Shown: piece by piece, positions 26,492 through 34,014 of the stretch | How the letters are laid out: each line of letters begins with the position of its first letter | How positions within the stretch are numbered: position 1 is the stretch's first letter | Assembly (NCBI GenBank): GCA_027887005.1 | Contig: JAPCJI010000008.1 | Location: 2,162-66,161 of the forward strand | DNA length: 64,000 nt | Direction: 5' to 3' | From: Nitrososphaerota archaeon | Lineage (GTDB): Archaea > Thermoproteota > Nitrososphaeria > Nitrososphaerales > Gagatemarchaeaceae | The notes under the pieces: generated by a model | What the model saw: only the letters and a program-made list of their open reading frames with translations | Database searches by the model: none | What the model was told of the DNA's origin: nothing | Translations under genes and position numbers: made by a program

Positions 26492-28513
26492 TTAGAACGT
26501 CGCTCTCAGCTTCTGCATTAATGCCTGGTATCTAGGATCATCTCTTGATTTGGCCAGAAGTGGACAATACATCACGTACGCATATCGAATTGTGTGTTGG
26601 TCAAGTGCCAGATTGGCATAAGTGAAGTATGAATCGAGGTCCCCGAGAGCGTGGTAGATGAAGGCGATGTCATTCAGGTTCGTGGCTCCAAGCCACTTCT
26701 TCTCAATTTCTTGAATTACATCTAGGGCTCCTTTTCTGTCACCCGTGTAGCCAGCTATGAAGCCTCTCATCCATGTGGCCCAGCGATGAGTGGGGTCCAA
26801 CCTTTCTACTTTCGAATGAAACTCCCTCGCCTTTTCGACGTCACCTTTGTAGAGGTAATATTCGGTCATCGCTCTGTATGTGCCAGCGGGGGCGACCAGC
26901 ACCGTCTTCTCCCAGTGCTGCAGAGCCTTGTTCTCCATCCCAAGGTAGAAGTAGAACTGTCCAAGTCGCTCTGCGTAGCGCGCCAATACCGGATCTAGTC
27001 TGTAGCAACTCTCCGCGGCACTGATCCCTTCTTCCTTTTCGCCTCTCGTCAGAAAGACGTTGGACAGGACAAAGTGAGCCTCCGCAAGACTAGGGTTCAA
27101 TTCGATCGCACGTCTGGCTTCAGTTTCGCACCCTTGAATATCATCCTCTTGGAAGTGTACCCTTGCTAGAGTGGCATGCGCTTCGGCCAGTTCTGGGTCA
27201 ATTTGTAGGGCCTTTCTAACCGAGATATCTGCCTTGGGCATGTCCTGTTCATATGGCTCGTAGTTGTCGGTAACAAGCTCTGTGTAGGCCCAGGCAATTC
27301 CAGCATGAGCTTTGGCAAAGGTAGGATCAAGAGTTATCGCTCTTTCAAGTAATCCCAATGCCTGCCTCAAGGAGGATTCCGTCCTTTCGCGGATGAGCTC
27401 TCGTCCTCTCAAATACAGGGTGTAGGCCTCCGTGTTCTCTGTCGGCCTTCTTTCAATAACCCGTTTCTCATCCTCAACAAGTCGGATCTTGAGTTCCCCT
27501 GCGACCTTCTCAGCGATTTCAGATTGGATGGCAAAAACATCTTCCAATTGCCTGTCGTAATTCTGGGCCCAAATGTGACCTTCAGTCGCAGTGTCGATGA
27601 GCTGGGCAGTAATCCTGACCCTGTTTCCCGCCTTCCTCACGCTCCCTTCTAGCATGGTGCCTACCTCCAACTCCTTTCCAATCTCCTTCACTTTCTTCGT
27701 CGTCCCCTTGTATCCCATAACCGAAGTCCTAGCGATGACGGTGAGCTGCCTCACGCCGGATATTGAAGTGATGAGTTCCTCGGTCACGCCATCGGCGAAG
27801 TACCCCTCCTCTGGATCGGAGCTCAGGTTGGTGAATGGGAGAATTGCGATACGCTTCTTGTCCAATACAACGCCCATGGATTCCGGCCTCTCCCAAGGGA
27901 ACACCACCCTGAAAACCTCCAAGGATTCTCCGACGTTTTTCAGTTCTTTCTTGCCGATGCTGAGAAGTTGAAAATCAGATTTGTTCTTTACGTGGTCGTA
28001 CACATGCTCTGAAATGCAGACTCCTCCCGGCGTAGCAAGAGGTTCTATTCTGGAGGCAATGTTGACCGCGTCCCCGTATACATCGTTCTGACTGTGTATT
28101 ACGTCCCCTAGGTGGACACCTATTCGGAGAAATATCTTCCTATCCACGGGGCGACTTGAGTTGAGCTCATGCAGAGACTCCTGTACGTCGAAGGCGCACC
28201 TGACTGCCTCAAGGGCGCTTTCGAACTCTATGAGGAAAGCGTCGCCGATGGTTTTGACCTCTCTCCCGCCATGCCTCAAGAGCACGGGCCTGACGAGGAT
28301 ACGCTGTTCTTCCAAGAGTTCCATCGCAACTGCTTCATTCTTCTGCGTGAGGGATGTGTAACCAACTATGTCGGTGAACATTATCGCGGCGAGCCTTCGT
28401 TCCCCTTCTGACACAGAAAACTCCAGTCGTTTGGCCGTACCACAGGTTAACTCTTTCGTAGAGACCCAGCAACATTGTGGATCACGACGACATGGTATGA
28501 TGCCCCTCTCCAC
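26492..28513 (-). CDS. class III adenylate/guanylate cyclase fused to a TolB-N-like linker module and TPR repeats
   Basis: Cyclase motifs AAIMFTDIVGYTSL, GDAFLIEF, RIGVHLGDV and GDAVNIASR. These are followed by IAILPFTNLSSDPEEGYFADGVTEELIT and then multiple TPR units. Start uncertain (GTG). Confidence 0.8.
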   Translation of the reverse strand: MERGIIPCRRDPQCCWVSTKELTCGTAKRLEFSVSEGERRLAAIMFTDIVGYTSLTQKNEAVAMELLEEQRILVRPVLLRHGGREVKTIGDAFLIEFESALEAVRCAFDVQESLHELNSSRPVDRKIFLRIGVHLGDVIHSQNDVYGDAVNIASRIEPLATPGGVCISEHVYDHVKNKSDFQLLSIGKKELKNVGESLEVFRVVFPWERPESMGVVLDKKRIAILPFTNLSSDPEEGYFADGVTEELITSISGVRQLTVIARTSVMGYKGTTKKVKEIGKELEVGTMLEGSVRKAGNRVRITAQLIDTATEGHIWAQNYDRQLEDVFAIQSEIAEKVAGELKIRLVEDEKRVIERRPTENTEAYTLYLRGRELIRERTESSLRQALGLLERAITLDPTFAKAHAGIAWAYTELVTDNYEPYEQDMPKADISVRKALQIDPELAEAHATLARVHFQEDDIQGCETEARRAIELNPSLAEAHFVLSNVFLTRGEKEEGISAAESCYRLDPVLARYAERLGQFYFYLGMENKALQHWEKTVLVAPAGTYRAMTEYYLYKGDVEKAREFHSKVERLDPTHRWATWMRGFIAGYTGDRKGALDVIQEIEKKWLGATNLNDIAFIYHALGDLDSYFTYANLALDQHTIRYAYVMYCPLLAKSRDDPRYQALMQKLRATF

Positions 28514-28548
28514 TCTTGCAGAATTGGGCCTGTTTCATGTGAAAGACG

Positions 28549-28660
28549 TGCCCCGGCCGGGATTCGAACCCGGGTCGCCGACTCGAAAGGCCAGCATACT
28601 CTCGGCCTGCTCGCACGGAGTTGACCGGGCTGTACGCGCAGCGCTCTATACTACCGGGGC
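28549..28660 (-). tRNA. tRNA-Glu(UUC) with ~37 nt of extra sequence in the D-loop (non-canonical intron or introns)
   Basis: Hand fold of the reverse complement:
- acceptor gccccgg/ccggggc
- anticodon arm ctggc-ctttcga-gtcgg
- T-arm ccggg-ttcgaat-cccgg
- D-stem gtat/gtat enclosing 48 nt instead of about 11. Confidence 0.75.
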
Positions 28661-28680
28661 TGAATCGCACCCTCTTTGCT

Positions 28681-29409
28681 TCAGCAATTAGAGCTTTCGC
28701 GGATGATTGGCCTCAGGAAGCACCATTCGCCAAGTCCAGCGAAGAACTCAGCCTGTTTCGCGTGGGAAGGAAGCAGGAGGGAACTGAAGTGGAGCATCCC
28801 TCCTTTGGGAAGGTAGGAGTTCCTCCCTCGTCTTTCACCCGTCGCCCTCAGCGTCGACGAAACGGCGTCGGGGTCGAGCGACGACTCATAGTATTGGCGT
28901 CGGCCGAGGACCCTGACTCTGCTTCCCTCGGTCGGGAAGTCGGTGATGAAGATGCAGCCTTCCTTCGAGGATCTGACGACCATCAAGACGACGTCCCGCT
29001 CATCGGGGGTGAGCCCGCACTCTCCCGCAGCCCGCAGATCGGCCCACAGGGGGGAGGATTCCATTCTGGTGGAGAACCTGACTGTGAGCGACCCCCCGGA
29101 CCTGCCTCCGCTGAAGTAGCGGGCCCTGAGTTGGTCTATTGCCAACCCCTCGCGTTCCATCTTCAGGAGGTCGGGGAGCGCAGGACCGAACGCGTCGCTC
29201 GGGTCTTCGCGCGACCAGCAGAGCCCTGCTGGGTCGACGTGGAGGACCGTGTCTCCTTTCCGCGCGACGAACACCCTCGACCCCCCTACGGTGTAGCCCT
29301 TGGTCCTGAGGCGGTCGGCGATGAACCGTGTCTGGGACTCGGCGAGCTTAGGCAGGGGCAGGTACCAGGTCTCGCCGAGTTTGATCACCCTCCAGGTGTA
29401 ACTGGACAA
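28681..29409 (-). CDS. hypothetical protein (242 aa)
   Basis: Balanced amino-acid composition. The opposite-strand 324-aa ORF is R/G/P-rich and overlaps the tRNA. TTG start. Confidence 0.45.
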   Translation of the reverse strand: MSSYTWRVIKLGETWYLPLPKLAESQTRFIADRLRTKGYTVGGSRVFVARKGDTVLHVDPAGLCWSREDPSDAFGPALPDLLKMEREGLAIDQLRARYFSGGRSGGSLTVRFSTRMESSPLWADLRAAGECGLTPDERDVVLMVVRSSKEGCIFITDFPTEGSRVRVLGRRQYYESSLDPDAVSSTLRATGERRGRNSYLPKGGMLHFSSLLLPSHAKQAEFFAGLGEWCFLRPIIRESSNC

Positions 29410-29518
29410 CCGCGCTTCATCTCAACGAAACATTATATAGAATATGAAAGGGTGAAAATTCGAGGTCTCAAGGTTGGATGGTCGCCGGGCTGTCTCGCTC
29501 GAAGCAATCGACGCACGG

Positions 29519-30331
29519 ATGAAATCGTACCGGGAAAGGGCGGACGGAGCGATGGCGACCGAGCTGGCGCTCTACAAGCATTCGAGGTTCCATGACCCGC
29601 TGGTGTACGCCGTGGAAGGGGGGAAGAGAGTCAGGCCCGTGATGCTAATGCTCTCCGCCGAGGCGCTCGGCTGCAAGGACGACTCCGTGCTGGGAGCGGC
29701 GGTCGCGGTCGAACTCCTGCACACAGAATCGATCATCCATGACGACATCATCGACGAGGAGCTCGCTAGGAGGGCGAAGATGACGTTCCACGTGAAATAT
29801 GGCTACAGCGCATCTCTGCTGACTGCAGACTTCGTCTTCTCCATGATCTTGGCCATCGCTGCCAGATACAGGGACAGGCGCGTAGCCGAAGAGCTGAGCA
29901 ACGCAGCCCTCCGCATGGCCGAAGGGGAGTACTCGGAACTGACGATAGACCCAAAGGTGTACAACCTTACATGGGACGAGTATCTGAAGATCATTTCGGA
30001 AAAGACGGCGGCTCTCTTCGAGACGTCAGCGAAGCTTGGAGCACTGGTCGCGGACGGGAATGAAAGGGAGGTCGCAGCGCTCGCTGCCTACGGCAGGAAC
30101 CTTGGTACGGCCTACCAGCTTCGGGACGACCTGTTGGACTGGAGGTCGCAGGACAAGATTGCCATAGGCCTGCTCAGGAATCATAGTGAGAGCGAAGTCG
30201 TGGGCAAGATGACAGCTCTGTCCCAGACCTATGTCGAAGAGGCAAAGCGGCAGCTGATGGTGCTGCCCAGGAGCAGTGCCACCGACTTCCTTGAACTTCT
30301 GACTGACTTCACGATACAGAGAAAGTACTGA
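29519..30331 (+). CDS. idsA: polyprenyl (geranylgeranyl) diphosphate synthase
   Basis: First aspartate-rich motif LLHTESIIHDDIID and second YQLRDDLLD. An upstream in-frame TTG at 29474 is also possible. Confidence 0.8.
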   Translation: MKSYRERADGAMATELALYKHSRFHDPLVYAVEGGKRVRPVMLMLSAEALGCKDDSVLGAAVAVELLHTESIIHDDIIDEELARRAKMTFHVKYGYSASLLTADFVFSMILAIAARYRDRRVAEELSNAALRMAEGEYSELTIDPKVYNLTWDEYLKIISEKTAALFETSAKLGALVADGNEREVAALAAYGRNLGTAYQLRDDLLDWRSQDKIAIGLLRNHSESEVVGKMTALSQTYVEEAKRQLMVLPRSSATDFLELLTDFTIQRKY

Positions 30332-30356
30332 CTGGCGCGAAGGCGGATCTGGGAGC

Positions 30357-30671
30357 TTACCCTGATTGTCCGAGTATGATGAACGCGATGGCGAATCCGT
30401 AGATTGCGATTGCCTCTGCAAGCACCACGAAGATAAGGGCCGTCGTCCTGACCTCGGCCTTCTCGGTGACCGCTGCGATTGCCGCTGAGCCAGAGGTCCC
30501 AACGCCGATGCCTGCTCCGAGCGCCGCGAGTCCGAACGCGATTCCCGCAGCGATGAATTTGTTGCCGTTCGACGCTGCTCCGGTGGTCTGTGCCGCCGCG
30601 GGTCCAGGCAGGGCGGCGAACGTGATTGCGAGGAATGTCGCGGCCAGAAGCATCACGAAGAACCTGCGCAT
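30357..30671 (-). CDS. atpK: A/V-type ATP synthase proteolipid subunit K (c) with a signal-peptide-like N-terminus
   Basis: Hairpin GLAALGAGIGVGTSG ... VVLAEAIAIYGF with the carboxylate Glu. The N-terminus is MRRFFVMLLAATFLAITFAALPGPAAAQ. Confidence 0.8.
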   Translation of the reverse strand: MRRFFVMLLAATFLAITFAALPGPAAAQTTGAASNGNKFIAAGIAFGLAALGAGIGVGTSGSAAIAAVTEKAEVRTTALIFVVLAEAIAIYGFAIAFIILGQSG

Positions 30672-30749
30672 GAATCGACGAATCAGCGCCCTCGAAGACC
30701 CAATATAAAGATTGCAGCGAATTTTCGGCTATGGGCCCAGGGCGGCGAC

Positions 30750-31802
30750 CTAGAGCCTCAGCTTCGAAATGATCTGCTTCGGGTCCATGCCGGCCTCGAC
30801 TCCTATGGAAATGGCGGCTAGGTTGCTCACCTCGAACTCGAGGAGCTTGATCAACCCCAGCATCGTTCCCGGGCTGAGGCCCTGCCAGACGAAGGCGAGA
30901 GAAGCAGTCTCCCTGAGCTTCTTCGCGAAAGACTCCTCGACGAAGTCGATGATTTCCTCCTGGTCCTGCACGTTCGGGATTGAAAAGCGGTATGCAGATT
31001 CGACCAACTTCGCGGCCTCGCTGATCGTCTCCGCTGCAGCCATGCTCGAGAGGGTCGAGACACCGACGCGGCGGGTCGGGGTCACGATCAGTTCCTGGAT
31101 CTCGGAGTCCTTCAACCCCCACACCTTGGAGCGGAGGATTGAAACCACGTTGTAGGCGTCGACATCGATTGCGACTATGTCTCCCACTCCGTTGGTTCCA
31201 CCTGCCCTGGATGCGTAGAGCCTAGAGTTCAGAGAGAACTCTCTGGAGATCGCGGAGAGGACCGCGTGGTCGATGTAGACGTCGAAGAATCTGACCTCCC
31301 CTTTTGAGGAGTAGCCTGCGAGCGCCCTCTCAACGTCGCCGAAGAACTCGGTTCCCGAAAGCATGGTGACCGCTTCGTTCACGTCTCGGGCTGAGAGAAC
31401 CTTGATGATCAGGTCCCGCCTCCCGACGAGTTCTTCCGCCTTCATGCTCAGGTATTCGATGGTCTCCTCGTAGGACCGGTTGAGGGCCTTGGCCTTCAGC
31501 ACCAGCTTGAGGTCCCAGGCGATGTTCTTGAGATAGTATTGCTCCAGGATCCCGTAGCGACCAGCGCCTTGGGTGATGGAATGATGGACCGTGGCGAGCC
31601 TTTCTCTGAGGGCCAGCTCTATCCTCTTCGCTGAGTACGGCGTGGGGAGCCCTGCTAGGGCCTCGGAGTAGGGCGTACCCTTGAGCCTGTTGACAAGTTC
31701 GTCGAGCGACGATGTCTCGGCCAGCTTCTGGATGTTCTCTGAGTCGAGGAGGGTTCCGCGGAGTGCGAAAGCCTTGGTGCCGACATAGGTTTTGCTCGAC
31801 AA
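30750..31802 (-). CDS. atpC: A-type ATP synthase subunit C (V0 d / AC39 family)
   Basis: 350 aa, all-helical. The size fits, and it sits next to atpK and atpI. Confidence 0.65.
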   Translation of the reverse strand: MSSKTYVGTKAFALRGTLLDSENIQKLAETSSLDELVNRLKGTPYSEALAGLPTPYSAKRIELALRERLATVHHSITQGAGRYGILEQYYLKNIAWDLKLVLKAKALNRSYEETIEYLSMKAEELVGRRDLIIKVLSARDVNEAVTMLSGTEFFGDVERALAGYSSKGEVRFFDVYIDHAVLSAISREFSLNSRLYASRAGGTNGVGDIVAIDVDAYNVVSILRSKVWGLKDSEIQELIVTPTRRVGVSTLSSMAAAETISEAAKLVESAYRFSIPNVQDQEEIIDFVEESFAKKLRETASLAFVWQGLSPGTMLGLIKLLEFEVSNLAAISIGVEAGMDPKQIISKLRL

Positions 31803-31920
31803 GAAATCGAAACTCCCTGCTTGAACGGGCCGAAGCTGGTCGGCTTATATTGGTTTCAGAGCTTCGGCAGTTTCGTCCGCCGGGTTTCAGGGGTCGAATC
31901 GTCAGGACTGCTCCCTAACC

Positions 31921-31927
31921 TTAATAA
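31921..31927 (+). promoter_or_regulatory. TATA-like box (ttaataa) upstream of atpI
   Basis: Same cttaataac 9-mer as upstream of tRNA-Leu. The first start-type codon after it is the TTG at 31968. Confidence 0.35.
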
Positions 31928-31967
31928 CCGAACTCGGTCGCGGCTGAAAACACAAAGCGGGTATCAT

Positions 31968-34007
31968 TTGGGCGTCCAGCGTCTCTCCAAGGTCACAATC
32001 ATTTCCCCGCGGAGCGAGTATGAAGCCGTCGCCAGGGCCCTGGCAGAATTCGAGGATTTCCACCCCCTGGGCGGAGCTGGTGCAAACTTTGACCCCGGAG
32101 TCCAGGAACTCACCGTCAGGGCGGTCCGCCTCTTCGCCCAGGCAGACCAGGCCGTGAAGGACCTGGGGCTGCAGTTGATGCCGGGTCAGATTGACATAGT
32201 GTTCAGGGGGGTGAAGATTCCGCAGAGTGATTTCGAGGCTGGGACCTGGGAGGAGCTCCTGGGAAAGGCGGAGGCTCAGCTTACCCCGGTGGTGGAAGAG
32301 GTTCGCGAGAAGAAGGCGCTGCTCCAGAAGGCGACCAAGGACGAAACGGACGCTGAGAACATGATGGCGACTCTCAAGGCGGTGTCGGGGTTCTCGGCCG
32401 ACCTCGGAGGCCTCTCCTCCCTCCATCTGCTCAAGGCCGTGGTTTCAATCGTCGGGAACCAGAGGCTCGAGGAATTCAAGAATTCCATACCCGGGGCCCT
32501 CTTCCTCTCGCAGCCCGTCTCCGACCAGCAGGCCCTGATTCTGGTCGTGGTACGGAGGACTGACGAGTCCAAGCTCGACAGGGCGATGAAACTCCTCGAG
32601 CTCAAGGCGCTTACGATACCCGAGGGCATGCCCCAGAATCCAGCCGCGGCGTTCAGCAAGGCGTCCGAAGAGCATGCCGCGGCGGCAGAGGCGAGGGAGA
32701 AGGTGGAGGCGGAAATGAGTGGGATCAAGAAGAGGAACGCCACTGAGCTCCTGGCAATCAGGGAGTTGACCGAGGTCTCGAGGAGGATGCTCGACGAGGC
32801 CAGGGTCTCAGGGAGCTTCAAGAGGATGGCGACCATCAGCGGCTACTTCCCGACGAAGAAGGAAGCCAGGCTGAGGCAGGTCTTCGGCCGATGGATCGTC
32901 GGCACTGAGAAAGTCGACCAGGCGGATGAAGAGGCGCACGTTCCGACTCTGCTGGAAAACAGAGGGGGACTCGGCATCTTCCAGCCCATAACAAAGGAGC
33001 AGGGGATCCCCGGAGGCCATGAAATAGACCCCACTCCCATGGTGTCCTTCGTCTTCCCCATCTTCTTCGGAATGATGTTCGGCGACGTAGGCCACGGCCT
33101 CATCCTGACACTCTTCGCTCTGCTAGTGAGGCAACGGGGCACGGGCACCCTGAGGCAGTGGGGGACCATCTTCCTGGTGGCAGGCCTCTCTTCGGTGGTC
33201 TTCGGGGCGATCTTCGGGGAGTTCTTCGAGCTGTCGCTCTACAGCTTCGTTCCGATTCCGGCGGTCGTCGAGATAATCCACAGGGTCGGAGGCTCGCCGG
33301 ACACGTTCAACATCCAAGGAGTCTACCTCGTCATGGAGGTCGGCATACTTATCGGAGTAGCCCATCTCATCACTGCCCTCAGCCTCGACCTTTACCAGGG
33401 GGTGAAGGAACAGGACCGCATCGAACTTGTGCTGGAGAAGATACCGGCACTCACAATGTACGTCTCAGGAGTGGCCTACGGACTCGCGTTCATAGGCGCC
33501 GGCTTCAGCTTCAACGTCCTCAAGACGTCTGTCCCGGCTCCTCTCATCGGGATTCCCAACAATGTGCTGGGCGGGATCGCCCTTGCGGTGCTCCTCCCCT
33601 CCATGATCTTCCTCTTCGTCGGTAGGGCAGGCGCCATCGCCCTGGGGAAGGTCAAGGGCGGGTCCATAGGTGGCGCCCTGGCCAACGGAGGTTTGGAGGT
33701 CTTCGAGAGGATCTCCCAGTTCCTGTCTAACACCGTGAGCTACGTCAGGCTCGCAGTCATGCTGTTCGTCCACGCGGGCCTGCTCCTGATCACGAATCAG
33801 TACTTCGGCCCCTGGATCAACCCCCTCTATGCGATCCCCTGGGTGATCCTGAACCTCCTGATCCTGACCTTCGAGGCGTTCATCGTGTACGTCCAGGACC
33901 TCAGGTTGCATCTCTACGAGTTCTTCACGAAGTTCTTCGAAGGTACAGGAAAGCCCTTCAGGAAGATCCTCCCGGACAGGGCCCGCATCAGAATCAAGTG
34001 GCTCTAG
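31968..34007 (+). CDS. atpI: A-type ATP synthase subunit I (a-subunit, V_ATPase_I family)
   Basis: Soluble N-terminal half plus about 7 TM segments, with the essential Arg in NTVSYVRLAVM. The start was set at a TTG, because the upstream part of the ORF looks non-coding. Confidence 0.85.
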   Translation: MGVQRLSKVTIISPRSEYEAVARALAEFEDFHPLGGAGANFDPGVQELTVRAVRLFAQADQAVKDLGLQLMPGQIDIVFRGVKIPQSDFEAGTWEELLGKAEAQLTPVVEEVREKKALLQKATKDETDAENMMATLKAVSGFSADLGGLSSLHLLKAVVSIVGNQRLEEFKNSIPGALFLSQPVSDQQALILVVVRRTDESKLDRAMKLLELKALTIPEGMPQNPAAAFSKASEEHAAAAEAREKVEAEMSGIKKRNATELLAIRELTEVSRRMLDEARVSGSFKRMATISGYFPTKKEARLRQVFGRWIVGTEKVDQADEEAHVPTLLENRGGLGIFQPITKEQGIPGGHEIDPTPMVSFVFPIFFGMMFGDVGHGLILTLFALLVRQRGTGTLRQWGTIFLVAGLSSVVFGAIFGEFFELSLYSFVPIPAVVEIIHRVGGSPDTFNIQGVYLVMEVGILIGVAHLITALSLDLYQGVKEQDRIELVLEKIPALTMYVSGVAYGLAFIGAGFSFNVLKTSVPAPLIGIPNNVLGGIALAVLLPSMIFLFVGRAGAIALGKVKGGSIGGALANGGLEVFERISQFLSNTVSYVRLAVMLFVHAGLLLITNQYFGPWINPLYAIPWVILNLLILTFEAFIVYVQDLRLHLYEFFTKFFEGTGKPFRKILPDRARIRIKWL

Positions 34008-34014
34008 AGGGAGG

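Larger units (their letters stand above)
22289..28562. mobile_element. putative degraded integrated islet or islets at tRNA-Glu (no integrase seen)
   Basis: Direct copies of the tRNA-Glu 3' end at 22289, 26339 and 28549. The content is AT-richer and consists of accessory-type genes. Confidence 0.35.

Noticed and set aside
28621-29595. 324-aa plus-strand ORF
   Set aside because: It overlaps the tRNA-Glu gene and the isoprenoid synthase start, and its composition is R/G/P-rich. The opposite-strand 242-aa ORF looks more protein-like, although that ORF is itself only a hypothetical.
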